Of a DNA stretch of 64,000 nt, positions 1 to 12,377 are shown one piece after another. The DNA comes from Octopus sinensis (Eukaryota): assembly GCF_006345805.1 (NCBI RefSeq), contig NC_043005.1:47368001-47432000 (forward strand). The letters run 5' to 3'. Position numbers and translations under genes: made by a program. The first letter of the stretch is position 1. Every line of letters begins with the position of its first letter. The notes below the pieces were generated by a model. It made no database searches. It was not told the origin of the DNA and was given only the letters and a program-made list of their open reading frames with translations.

Positions 1-360
1 AATAATTTTGATATGCCACTTTGTTTTTTGTATGTACCTGACATTGTTAAAAGAAATTTTGCTGCTTAAATAAAAATTTTCGATTATGTCTCCTGGAATT
101 TTTGGAAGAGATTTGAAACTGCCACCTATGTGTTGTATTAACTACTTCTCAACACTCATGCCTACTGGGCCACTGAAGCAACAACTGGCTTAATGAGAAG
201 AAATTAAGATACTTAAATTTGATGTGTGTGCTGAGCAAGGGAGAGAGGATGTGAGAAAGAGAGAGAGAGAGAGAGAGATGATGGCATGAAACAGTGGCTG
301 ATAGGTATTTGAATTCCTTTCGACAATTGAACAAAAATTGACACCTAGTTATTAAACAAC

Positions 361-400
361 CAACCACACATACACACACACAACACACACACACACACAC

Positions 401-440
<40 letters not shown>
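361..440. repeat. (CA)n microsatellite
   Basis: Direct reading. Confidence 0.95.
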
Positions 441-443
<3 letters not shown>

Positions 444-731
444 ATTTGGTTTAGGTCTTCTACCCATTTGAATTCAGCCATACACCAGATAACAATGTTG
501 TTGCTGAAATGCCAACATCAAACCGCTATACCACATGACCTTTCCCAACCAATCACTCTCATTCAGACCCCAGTGGCAGAAGACTAGCCACATGCTTGAA
601 ACTCACAGTACCAAGGAGTCTGAATCAAACTGCTTTGATCTATAGATGTAACTCCCAATGAATTTGTTCTTTAATTTGTCTAATCACTCATGTATGCATA
701 TATTTTTTCTCTCCTTGTTTTTTTCTGTGTA

Positions 732-769
732 TCTTTCTGTCGAAGAGCGTAGGCTCGAAACGTAAAAGA
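732..769 (+). ncRNA. Minimal type I hammerhead-ribozyme-like motif in a Penelope-type short repeat (core A6 mutated)
   Basis: UCUUU-CUGUCGA-A-GAGC(GUAG)GCUC-GAA-ACGU-A-AAAGA: 5-bp stem I, 4-bp stem II, palindromic ACGU stem III, GUA triplet. Confidence 0.6.
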
Positions 770-857
770 CTTTTTCTATTCCTGAGCGCTATACTAATAC
801 ATTTGTTTGTTTGTACACCTCCTGCCTTTGTCTTTTGTTTCTTTTCGTAAACTTTCC

Positions 858-894
<37 letters not shown>

Positions 895-953
895 CAAACA
901 CATGTACACATGTAAATTTATATTATGTATGTATATATTATATATATATATAT

Positions 954-1003
<50 letters not shown>

Positions 1004-1004
1004 G

Positions 1005-1185
1005 TTAATCCAAACATGAACAAAGAGAAAACACAACAACGTGAGGACGTGGAAAGAAAGGAGGAGGATTAATGTTTCGAGCGGAGCTTTTTGTCAAAAA
1101 CATAGAAAAAGGAAAGGACCAATGAAGGGAAGACGGAGAAAGAAAATCGCCAATGATACACATGCTGTCACATATTGAAGTGGTA
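1005..1185 (-). mobile_element. Short repeat homologous to 40590-40820, carrying a decayed hammerhead motif
   Basis: Reverse complement aligns with 40590-40810 (ttggcgattt..ccgtcttccctt..cctcacgttgttgtgttttctctttg). Confidence 0.75.
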
Positions 1186-1935
1186 ACACACACACACACA
1201 CACACACATACACACACACATATATATACCTACATATACAGATACATATATTTATACACACATATTTATACTCACTCTTGTTTGTACATAAATGTATTTC
1301 GAGATATCCATCTAACCCATGCCAGCATGGAAAAAAGGAATAAATGTAAAATGATGAAGATGGGTGTATTGATAGGGATTTATTTATATCCAACCATATT
1401 TAAACATTTATATACACATTTATTTATACTCATATTAATACTCAACATATACATATGTATACATGTGCAAAATTATAGAAGCACACAGATACACAAATAT
1501 TTATGTCCACATATTCAGGCATACACACACTGTAATTAACATATTATAAGTCTGTTTATTTATTCATACATAATTGCAACAAACATTTCTGGAAATCTTG
1601 CACATACTTATTATACATAGACACACTTCTTATTACCTACATATTTATACTAATACACACACACACACACACATATATTTATACAGTTTTATTTGAATAC
1701 ACACATGCACATGAACTATCATATTTATACAAACCTATTTATGAGCAAATTTTTACATGCATTTATGCATACAGCTGTAAACTGCATAAAGATATTTACA
1801 TGCATATTTATAGAAACACTTATTTATACATATATTTTCAAGCACACACAAACCGACACGCACATTCACATATATAGGTAGCCATATTTATTTATACATC
1901 TTTAAATGCACATTTTCACAAAAATTATATTTCTA

Positions 1936-2230
1936 CAGGTGTGGCTACATGGTAAGATATTTGCTTCCCAACCACATGGTTCTGAGTTCAGTCCTACTCT
2001 GTAGCACCTTGGGAAAATTGTTTTCTTCTGTAGCTTTGGGCTACCAGCCAAAACTTTATGAGTGGATTTAGTTGATGGAAACTGAAAGAAGCCTATTGTA
2101 TATATACGTGGGGGAGGCACATGTGTGTATGTGTCTTTGTATCATTTTGTCCCCTGCAACTGCTTGACAACTGTTGTAATTTAGGCTCCTGTAATTTAGT
2201 AGTTCAGCATAAGTGACTGAGAGAATAAGA
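1936..2230 (+). mobile_element. SINE family C
   Basis: caggtgtggctacatggtaag..gagttcagtcc..ggaaactgaaagaagcc. Confidence 0.8.
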
Positions 2231-2234
2231 GTGT

Positions 2235-2793
2235 TTGTGTGTCAATCTGAGAACATGTACCAAGAATGATAAAAATCAAACATCCATTCAACATCATGGT
2301 GTTTCTAGTGATCACTAGTGATGACAATGTTATTCCTCCATAGGGAAAACCCTATGGCTGGCAGCAGGACTCTGCACCATGCCACAAGACCAAGAGAACC
2401 ATGTCATGGTTGTCAGACAATTTCTGTGACCACACCACCCTAACATCTGGCCACTTAACTCCCCAGACTGTAATACCTTTGATTATTATGTGTGAGGCAC
2501 AGCTGAGCAGGAGACTAACAAAACTCCTTGTAACACCAAAGATGAACTGAGAGCAAGGATTATGACAGCATTCACCAACTTAAACCAGGAGACTGTCCAG
2601 AAGAGTTGCAGGAGAGTCCAAAGTTGTCTGGTGGCCATGGTTGAAGCCAATGGTGATTTTACTGAATAAATTTCCTCTTTAGCATTTCAAAATATTCTTA
2701 TGTAATTTAAGTAAATATATCTGTTAAAATGAGATGTCAGTGTTATTTTCATTTTGTGTAATTTAGACAACAATATACTCACTGTACCCTACA
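2235..2793 (+). mobile_element. Tc1/mariner (maT/DD37D-like) transposase 3' fragment
   Basis: Frame-broken translation W-QQDSAPCH (2362), SPDCN..DYYV, NKTPCNTKDELRARIMTAFTNLNQETVQKSC, EANGDFTE*. Ends in accctacaTA, resembling a right terminal repeat. Confidence 0.85.
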
Positions 2794-2984
2794 TATGCAT
2801 ATAAATATATAGACACACACACATACATGCACACACATACACACACACACACATGCACACACATACACACACACACACTACATACAGCACGTGCTCACAT
2901 GTATATATGTTGTGCCTAATATAAATGTTCATGACATTCTCTCAAAAAAGAAAATTTGCTCCTCAAATGCTAATGTGAGAAATT

Positions 2985-2997
2985 ATTATCATTATTA

Positions 2998-3053
<56 letters not shown>

Positions 3054-3085
3054 TGCATTCTTATTATTCTTATCATTATTATCGA
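2985..3085. repeat. (TAT)n microsatellite
   Basis: Direct reading. Confidence 0.95.
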
Positions 3086-3582
3086 AATTTGTTTATATAT
3101 TTATTCGCTTTGGAATTCAACTCTAGTTCATTTGTGTTGATTTTGTTGTTGGGCAGAAATTGCACGAATACTAAATGAAACTGTTAGATTGCTAAAATAG
3201 GTGTCCCAGGCCTGCTGAGATTCTCAGCCAGCCAACCCCGTTACACACTCATTGGCACCTAAACAATCTACACACATTCCATTTGAGTTGGTTGAAAAAG
3301 GCTGCAAGGTGTATGACAATTATATTTAGCTAACTGCTTATGGTAATATATTTGCATGAAAATATGCATACAAAAATAACTGTATCTAAGTGTGAAGATG
3401 TGAATGTATTTTTGATGCTGAGTCCAAATGTCTGTATATTAACAGATATATACACGTATAGCTATCTATCTATCTATATGTCTGTCTGTCTGTTTGTCTG
3501 TCTATCCATCTATCTCTTCCTCTCCCTCATTCTCTCTCTTTATTCTTTGTTTGTAGCTTTAATAAAAATGTGTATATGCATA

Positions 3583-3589
3583 TAATAAC

Positions 3590-3621
<32 letters not shown>

Positions 3622-3755
3622 TGATGATGATGATGATAATAATAATAATATAATAATAATAATAATATATAATAATAATAATAATATAATAATAATAATA
3701 TAATAATAATAATAATAATATAATAATAATAATAATGATGATGATGATGATGATG

Positions 3756-3798
<43 letters not shown>

Positions 3799-3800
3799 TA
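3583..3800. repeat. Compound (AAT)n/(GAT)n microsatellite
   Basis: Direct reading. Confidence 0.95.
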
Positions 3801-3801
3801 T

Positions 3802-3960
3802 GAGGGAATATTATTCCAAACTTACAGGGAAAAATTCAATTTAGTAATACTAAATCAAATTTCACAAAATATAATATATATATATATAAATTAGAAAAAA
3901 CCCACCTTTTATCAATTCAAAAATGAAAGATTAAATATAAGATAAAACTTATAACGATGA
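3802..3960 (+). repeat. Unclassified interspersed repeat (also ~31630-31760, ~41672-41760, and reverse at ~42495-42535)
   Basis: Shared agggaatattattccaaacttacagggaaaaattcaattt..taaatcaaatttcaca and aaattagaaaaaa.ccaccttt..caattcaaaa. Confidence 0.7.
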
Positions 3961-3974
3961 TTAAGTATATATAT

Positions 3975-4037
<63 letters not shown>

Positions 4038-4042
4038 CTTGT

Positions 4043-4207
4043 CCACTCTGCAGGGTGATTGGTGTTAGGAAGGGCATCCAGCCATAAAAATCATGCCAAA
4101 ACAGACACAAAAGCCTGGTATAGTCTTCTGCCTGGCTGGCTCTGGTCAAACCATGCTGCCCATACCATCATGGAAGGCGGGCATTAAGCAATGATGATGG
4201 TGATTGA
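4043..4207 (+). mobile_element. Diverged RTE-type 3'-tail copy
   Basis: ggtgttaggaagggcatccagccataaaaa...catggaaggcgggcattaagcaatgatgatg. Confidence 0.65.
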
Positions 4208-5130
4208 TATACATACATGCATACAAAGTTATTAGTGAAGGATTATCAATCCTGACAAAACACTCTTTAAGCTCTCCGTTAGTATGATATGCTAACAATA
4301 TCGTTTACCTAAGTAAAGAACTCCATGCATTCTTTCTACAATTAAGAAAAATGTTATGACTATTATTTTTACCTTGCCTTTTATATATATATATATATAT
4401 ATACACATGTTTATCAATTTGAGTTGCAAGATTCCTGATGTGAAATTGTGTATTGAAACAGATATTGTATTTCAGGATGGTCTTATTTTGCCAAATAAAC
4501 ATACACACTACATATATTTCTTCACTCATTTATTACTGTTCTTATTTTATTATTTTAACTCATGTCCATTGTCCAGACATCTTTCTTCACATATCTGTGT
4601 CCTCTTCAGTGGCACTTTTCACTTCACATGTTCTTACTCCACTTACTCCAGAAAGAGAAAATTATTACTCATGAAAGATAAATAATACTTGTGGCTGCGA
4701 GCATAAAACTGTGTAGGCAAAATTAATAGATATATATATTGGAATATATATAAAATTAGGGCACCAACAAGCACCAGCTTAGCTAAAAATAGGAGTCATA
4801 AACACCTCAAAGCCACAAGAATTAACATTAATTTTTATAGGCATGGTTAAAAAGAAACTAAGTGAATAAGTAAGGATTGCAGCTTACCTCTGCAAAATTG
4901 TGTTTATGATTCCTATTTTAGCTAAGCTGGTGCTTCTTATCACCCTGATATTACATATATATATATATATATATATAAGAATAAATGTTTTTATATATAA
5001 TGAACGTGAAAAACAGGAAGGGACGAACACGGAACACAGACAAATCATTCGAAGCCTTCAATCTTCAGTCAGACAATATATATACACACACACAGACACA
5101 CACACACGCACACACACGCACACACACACA

Positions 5131-7446
5131 CATCATCATCATCATCCTCATCATCATTTAACGTCCGCTTTCCATGCTAGCATGGGTTGGACGGTTCAAC
5201 TGGGGTCTGGGGAGCCGAAAGCTGCACCAGTCCAGTCAGATCTGGCAGTGTTTCTACAGCTGGATGCCCTTCCTAACGCCAACCACTCCGAGAGTGTAGT
5301 GGGTGATTTTATGTGCCACCGACACAGGTGCCAGACGAGGCTGGAAAACGGCCACGCTCGGATGGTGTTTTTATGTGCCACCGACACAGGTGCCAGACGA
5401 GGCTGGCAGACGGCCATGCTCGGATGGTGTTTTTATGTGCCACTGACACAGGTGCCAGATGAGGCTGGCAAACGGCCACGATCGGATGGTGCTTGTTACG
5501 TGCCCACAGCACGGAGGCCAGTCGATGCGGTACTGGCTACGGCCACGTTCGGATGGTTTTCTTGTGTGCCACGTGCCACCGGTACTGGTACCACAAACAT
5601 ACAAATTCCATTGATGTTCATCTATTTTGATTTGTTTTGATTTTCACTTGCCTCAACAGGTCTTCACAAGTGTCACAAGAAGGAAGGTATGCACAGGTGG
5701 ACTGACTACGTCCCAGGTAGGGGCCATGGGTTATGGCCTGACTAGTCTTGCCGGGTCTTCGGATGGTGTTTTTATGTGCCACCGACACAGTTGCTAGATG
5801 AGGCTGGCGAACGGCCACGATCGGATGGTATTTGTCATGTGCCCACCGCACTGACTACAGCACTGATGGATTCTTGTGTGCCACAGGCACTGGTACCACA
5901 AGATACAAATTCCATTGATGTTCATCTATTTTGTCTATTTTGATTTTGATTTTGATTTTGATTTTCACTTGCCTCAACCGGTCTTCACAAGTGTCACAAG
6001 AAGGAAGGTATGCACAGGTGGACTGACTAGTCTTGCCGGGTCTTCGGAAGGTGTTTTTATGTGCCACCGACACAGGTGCCAGATGAGGCTGGCGAACGGC
6101 TTTGATCGGATGGTGTTTGTTACGTGCCCACAGCACGGAGGTCGGTCGATGCGGAACTGGCTACGGCCACGTTCGGATGGTTCTCTTGTGTGCCACTGGC
6201 ACTGGTACCACAAAGTGTGTGCCACCGGCACTGGTACCACAAAGATACAGATTCCATTGATGTTCATCTATTTTGATTTGTTTTGATTTTGATTTTCACT
6301 TGCCTCAACAGGTCTTCACAAGTGTCACAAGAAGGAAGGAATGCACAGGTGGACTGACTACGTCTCAGGTAGGGGCCATGGGTTATGACCTGACTAGTCT
6401 TGCCGTGTCTCGGATGGTGTTTTTATGTGCCACCGACACAGGTGCTAGATGAGGCTGGCGAACGACCACGATCGGATGGTGTTTGTCATGTGCCCACAGC
6501 ACGGAGGCCAGTCGATGCGGTACTGGCTACGGCCACTTTCGGATGGTTTTCTCTTGTGTGCCACCGGCACTGGTACCACAAAGATACAAATTCCATTGAT
6601 GTTCATCTATTTTGATTTGTTTTGATTTTGATTTTGATTTTGATTTTCACTTGCCTCAACAGGCCTTCACAAGTATCACAAGGAGGAAGGTATGCACAGG
6701 TGGACTGACTACGTCCCAGGTAGGGGCCATGGTTTATGGCCTGACTAGTCTTGCCGGGTCTTCGGATGGTGTTTTTATGTGCCACCGACACAGGTGCTAG
6801 ATGAGGCTGGCGAACGGCCATGACCGGATGTTGTTTGTTATGTGCCCACAGCACGATGGCCAGTGATGCGGTACTGACTACGGCCATGTTCGGATGGATT
6901 CTTGTGTGCCACCGGCACTGGTACCACAAGCGGTACTGACTACTTTTTATGTGCCACCGACACAGGTGCTAGATGAGGCTTGCGAACGGCCACGACCAGA
7001 TGGTGTTTGTTATGTGCCACAGCACGATGGCCAGTGATGCGGTACTGACTACGGCCACGTTCGGATGGATTCTTGTGTGCCACCGGCAATGGTACCACAA
7101 GCGGTACTGACTACGGCCACGTTCGGATGGATTCTTGTGTGCCACCGGAACTGGTACCACAAAGATACAAATTCCATTGATGTTCATCTATTTTGATTTG
7201 TTTTGATTTTCACTTGCCTCAACAGGTCTTCACAAGTGTCACAAGAAGGAAGGTATGTACAGGTGGACTGACTACGTCCCAGGTAGGGCCCACGGGTTAT
7301 GACCTGACTAGTCTTGCCGGGTCTTCGGATGGTGTTTTTATGTGCCACCATGTTCCCACAGCACGGAGGCGAGTCGATGCGGTACTGGCTACGGCCACGT
7401 TCGGATGGTTTTCTTGTGTGCCACAGGCACTGGTACCACAAAGATA
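5131..7446 (-). mobile_element. ORF-less concatemer of the RTE 3'UTR (about six macro-units) with terminal (TGA)n tail
   Basis: Reverse complement matches 48490-50176. Restart junction gtcttgccgggtcttcgga (or a close variant) at about 5750, 6030, 6398, 6750 and 7312. (cat)n tail at 5131. Confidence 0.92.
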
Positions 7447-7481
7447 TATATATATATACACACACACACACATACACACAC

Positions 7482-7513
<32 letters not shown>

Positions 7514-7607
7514 ATATGATTAAGGGTTTAGCAACAAGTTGCTTCACCACATACTGAAAATTTTGAAATAGCAGCCAAAAACAGCTAATTCCTTTTAACT
7601 ACAAATA

Positions 7608-7994
7608 AGGAGGAAGCACTCCGTCGGTTACGACGACGAGGGTTCCGGTTGATCCGATCAACGGAACAGCCTACTTGTGAAATTAACGTGTAAGTGGCTG
7701 AGCACTCCACAAACACGTGTACCCTTACCGTAGTTCTCGGGGATATTCAGCGTGACACAGAGAGTGACAAGGCCGGCCCTTTGAAATGCAGGTACAACAG
7801 AAACAGGAAGTAACAGTGAGAGAAAGTTGTGGTGAAAGAGTACAGCAGGGATCATCACCATCCCCTGCCGGAGCCTCATGGAGCATTAGGTGTTTTCGCT
7901 CAATTAACACTCACAACGCCCGGTCTGGGAATCGAAACCGCGATCCTATGACCGCGAGTCTGCTGCCCTAACCACTGGGCCATTGTGCCTCTGC
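7608..7994 (-). mobile_element. tRNA-derived SINE (family A) with 12-bp TSD
   Basis: Minus-strand tRNA-like head with A box ggcccagtggttagg and B box ggtttcgattcc; TSD taactacaaata at 7596-7607 and 7995-8006. Confidence 0.9.
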
Positions 7995-8811
7995 TAACTA
8001 CAAATATGACTCCACAGACAACAATATTTGTAACTCACATAGGCAAAAAGAAGAAAAAATAACGAATCAAACAGTCTACAGTTAATTATGGATGCGTTTC
8101 TGAATTAGAATTATACAAATTCATTTCCTTCATCGGCATAATATTTTGAGAATTATAAACTTAAAAATGGTAAAAAAAACCTACCCTTTGCATCTTCGTC
8201 CAAGCACAATCGAAACATAACACAAGGTAGTCAGCACTTCCAAATTTATATAGATGAGTGATTTCATATTTTCCCTCCAAGATTACCATGTGCGTCACAA
8301 GATAGTACCACAGAAAAAAAACTGCAGTTTGCCATCAGGGAATGAAATAATCATTACAGATATAGGGTAAAGAATTATTAATTTAATAATTAATAAATTT
8401 TACCAAGTAGTTTCGGTATGGAAAAAAACCATTATCGGTAAAACTTGTACAAAAAGTTTTTTTTATATAATTACAAATATAATTAAGGGTTTAGCAGCAA
8501 GTTGCTTCATTACATACCGAAAATTTTGAAATATATATAGCAAATTAATAAGTAAATAAATAAATAAATAAAAATAAATGAATAAATATAAATGAGTGTA
8601 AAAATACTAAACCCTTACAGCTGTTTCTACTATGGGATTGTCCAATCTTCCAAGTTTTCCACATCACAGCAATGATATATGGGGATTTTACAAAGGTTGA
8701 ACAAACATTGGACAGGGTTGGGACAATGGTTGAGCCCCAAGGCTTCATCAGAGAGACCAAATGTTAGGAAACTAACATGTGGGGAAGTAAATTAAAATGG
8801 TAATGTAAAAT

Positions 8812-9045
8812 ATAGGCGGCAAGCTGGCAGAAACGTTAGCACGCCTGGCGAAATGCTTAGCAGTATTTTGTCTGTCGTTATGTTCTGAGTTCAAATTCCG
8901 CCGAGGTCGACTTTGCCTTTCATCCTTTCGGGGTCGATAAATTGAGTACCAGTTACGCACTGGGGTCGATGTAATCGACTTAATACCTATGTCTGTCCTT
9001 GTTTGTCCCCTCTGTCTTTAGCCCCTTGTGGGTAATAAAGAAATA
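8812..9045 (+). mobile_element. SINE family B (Meta-domain-like core) with 13-bp TSD
   Basis: ggcggcaagctggcagaaacgttagc..gttcaaattccgccgaggtcgactttgcctttcatcctttcggggtcgataaattgagtacc; TSD ggtaatgtaaaat at 8799-8811 and 9046-9058. Confidence 0.88.
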
Positions 9046-9304
9046 GGTAATGTAAAATTTTTAAAAAATGATATAATAGAAATACTAAAGAATGGCAAGA
9101 ATGTCATTCAAAGGAGCTATCATAATCCATGCTATTACATCTTATGGTAAAGAAAGTCACTTCCAGGAGGAATTTCCGCTTTCGTACATTCATTTATTCT
9201 TAGTTGTTTATTTGGATCACTTATACATATATAAAAAGATATAACTGAATGTTTAAAGGCTGATGTTTGTCAATTGTTTATCCCCTCCATTTTTTGATTT
9301 GCAC

Positions 9305-9322
9305 TATATACATATATATATC

Positions 9323-9406
<84 letters not shown>

Positions 9407-9578
9407 ACGTATATGTATGTATATATGTATATGTATATATATATATATGTCCCGATACTGTTGGTATCTACTTATCAAATTTGAGCGCAATCAGATGGAG
9501 GATGCTCGAGATCCTAGAAGACACACACACACAGAACGGATTTTATATAATATATATATATATGTCTATACATTTGAG

Positions 9579-9612
<34 letters not shown>

Positions 9613-9773
9613 CTTATGTATATATATATATATATACACATATATATATATATATATACACATATATATATATACATATACATATGTATATAGATATATA
9701 TACACATATTCATATATATATACATGTACATATGTATATACATATATATGCATACATATGTATACACATATGT

Positions 9774-9814
<41 letters not shown>

Positions 9815-9861
9815 TACATATATATACATATATATATGCATATATATATTATATATATATG

Positions 9862-9902
<41 letters not shown>

Positions 9903-9910
9903 ATGTATGT
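9305..9910. repeat. (TA)n/(TACA)n compound microsatellite field
   Basis: Direct reading. Confidence 0.95.
9449..9550 (+). mobile_element. Possible non-autonomous Helitron/HINE-like terminal fragment
   Basis: caaatttgagcgcaatcagatg..gagatcctagaag(ac)n-agaacggattttatat resembles DINE-like termini; weak. Confidence 0.3.
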
Positions 9911-10187
9911 TTGTATGTATCCGTGTGTATATATATTTTATCTTTTTCATATTTCACTCATTAGATAGGTGCCATACTGGGGCAGTGACTTGAAGAATCT
10001 ACCTCAGTACTTATTTTCTTTTTTGAAGCCTATTTGCTATTCTATAAGTATATATATTGATAAGTATTATTTATAAAGGTGTAGCTCCAGGTATGGTTGT
10101 ATGGGCAAGTGTCTTCAACTATAGCACCAGGCTATCTAATGTCTTGTGGGTCACATTAGTTGTCAGACACACTCAGAAACTCATTAC

Positions 10188-10220
<33 letters not shown>

Positions 10221-10849
10221 TGTATGTATGTATGCATGTATGCGTGTATGCATGCATGAATATTTGTGTGTATATGTTTGTTTCATTGTTCTGACATTGA
10301 GTGATTTTTTTTTGAACGTCAGTCATTTCCTGTATCCTATGAATTACGTGTCAGCTAACCAGGGAAATATTACCTTGCTTGAAGACAGGTAAGTGTTGGC
10401 ATCAGGAATGGCACCCATCTATAGAAAATCTGTGAAAATAAACTTCATCTGATCCATGAAAGCATTGGAAATTGGATGCCAAAATGATGTAGATGATAAA
10501 AATGATGATATGTGTATGTGTATATATATATAATATATATAACAACAAATAATAAGTACGCATATATATTTGTAATAATACACACATACATATATATGTA
10601 AAAATATGTAACATATCTGAGTTTGTGTGTATATGTGTGTGTGTATATATATATATATACACACACACAAAAGGGTTTGTATGATTGTGTATAGAAGAAT
10701 ATATTACTCAAATGAATTCCAACTCTGTCTATTTTTCATGTTTTATTTATAATCTTCTAATATTAATATAAGATATAAAATAATATAGTAAAAAGAAATG
10801 AAATGAAGTATTAATTGTCTATTCTTTTTGAACAATGAAATATTAAATG

Positions 10850-12296
10850 TACATTCTTACTGAACTTGTATACTTTTTCGCCTTTATGCAATCTTCAGGT
10901 TCATATGGTGGTGGTGACAGTCGTGTTCATCAGTTTCAACTGTGGTGACTGGTTTAAATTTTGTCCTTTTTATACATTCCTGTGGATAGAAGTAGTAGTT
11001 GCTTGGCTACTTTTAGAAATGATGCCATACCATTTTTCAGGCTTTATTTTTAGAAATGATGACAGCAGTACTTTTTTCAGATTTTTATTTTTGGTTATGG
11101 GGATAAGACTTTTAAACCTTAAATAAGATTATTTTTTATCATTGTTTATTAAGCTTAGGTTTGGATTTATTAATAAAGTCCTTTTCTCTCAGTTTTCTCT
11201 TCATTTTCTTCGGATCGTATAGTTTATGAAATGGAAATATTATAAATATATATATATTATAAATATTTTCCAGCCACATGTTGCTAGGTGGGTACTCAGC
11301 AGTATTTGGCAGATTTCAGGATTTTTAATTTGTTGTCAGTGCACATGTGAGCGTTCTGGTAGAGCATTGCCTGTCTGGCTAGCATACAGTTCTTCACAAT
11401 TCGGGCATTTGATGCAGTAGATTAGATTTCTGCTTTTACAGTTCATATTTGCATTTGTGAATATTTTCCGTTTTTTATGTTCATATATGGGGCGGTATGA
11501 ATTAATTGGCATGTAGCACATCGCCTATCATTGCATTTAGACACAGTGAATGGTTGGTCTTTGTTGCTAAGGTCAAATCTTGCCTTTGTTAACTTTTTCA
11601 AGCTTTTAGGCTCTCTTTTACTGAGAGTTATAGTTTTGTCTGTAATGATATCTCTTAATTCCTTACTTTGAGCAATGATTGGTAGGTTTGCTTTAGCGAT
11701 ATTGAAGATGTTCTGGTGGCATGGATTGTGCGTCACTATAAATGGTATGATTTGTTCTTGTTTTTCTTTTCTTTGTGATGTCCTCAGTTGTTGTGTGGGT
11801 ATTTTCATAGCCCACTAAATACCATTTTCTATAAGTAGTGATGGGTATTTTTGTTTGAGCAGAATTCTTTCAGTCCCATCAGGTGCTGATTCCTAATCTT
11901 CAAATCTTCTACAATGGTACAGATTCTTCTGGTTAAACAGAATGGGATGTTACGTTTTGTATGCTGTGGATGGCACAATTTAAAATTCAGGTATTGATGT
12001 GTATCTGTGTGTTTATAATATATATCTGTGGTAATGGTGATGTTCTTTTAATTAACATTATATCAAGGAATGGTAATTTGGTACTGCTCATCTCCTTTGT
12101 AAATTTGATGGAAGGGTGTAGGTTGTTCAGGAGGATATTGAATTCTTCTACAGTGATTTAAGACTTTGTCCAAATTATGAAGCAATTATCGAGGTATCTC
12201 TTCCATGCCTTTCAATATACTTACTAAATTCAGTACTATATCTCTCCTTTATTCCCTGGTAAAGTTTTTGTTCTAAGTATCCCATCACCTACTTCA
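10850..12296 (-). mobile_element. Penelope-like element relic (RT C-terminal half + GIY-YIG endonuclease + 3' region)
   Basis: MGYLEQKLY, WKRYLDNCFIIW (degenerate YxDD), NNLHPSIKFTKE..LPFLDIML, TDTHQYLNF..CHPQHTKRNIPF, KCNDRRCATC, NLIYCIKCPNCEELYASQTGNAL. Confidence 0.9.
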
Positions 12297-12331
12297 CATG
12301 TGTGTGTGTGTATAAGTAAACATATGCCTTC

Positions 12332-12377
<46 letters not shown>

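Noticed and set aside
38-125. Minus-strand 88-nt open candidate exon (GGSFKSLPKIPGDIIENFYL)
   Set aside because: Acceptor lacks a polypyrimidine tract and no homology is recognised.
2304-2317. 14-bp palindrome ctagtgatcactag
   Set aside because: Short, lies within a transposase relic, and plausible by chance.
7900-7994. tRNA genes
   Set aside because: All tRNA-like segments are SINE heads fused to SINE bodies, without a full cloverleaf.
8730-8757. Minus-strand CUGAUGA-A-GCC(UUGG)GGC hammerhead half
   Set aside because: Followed by UCAAC rather than GAAAC, and no stem I closure; at most a dead relic.
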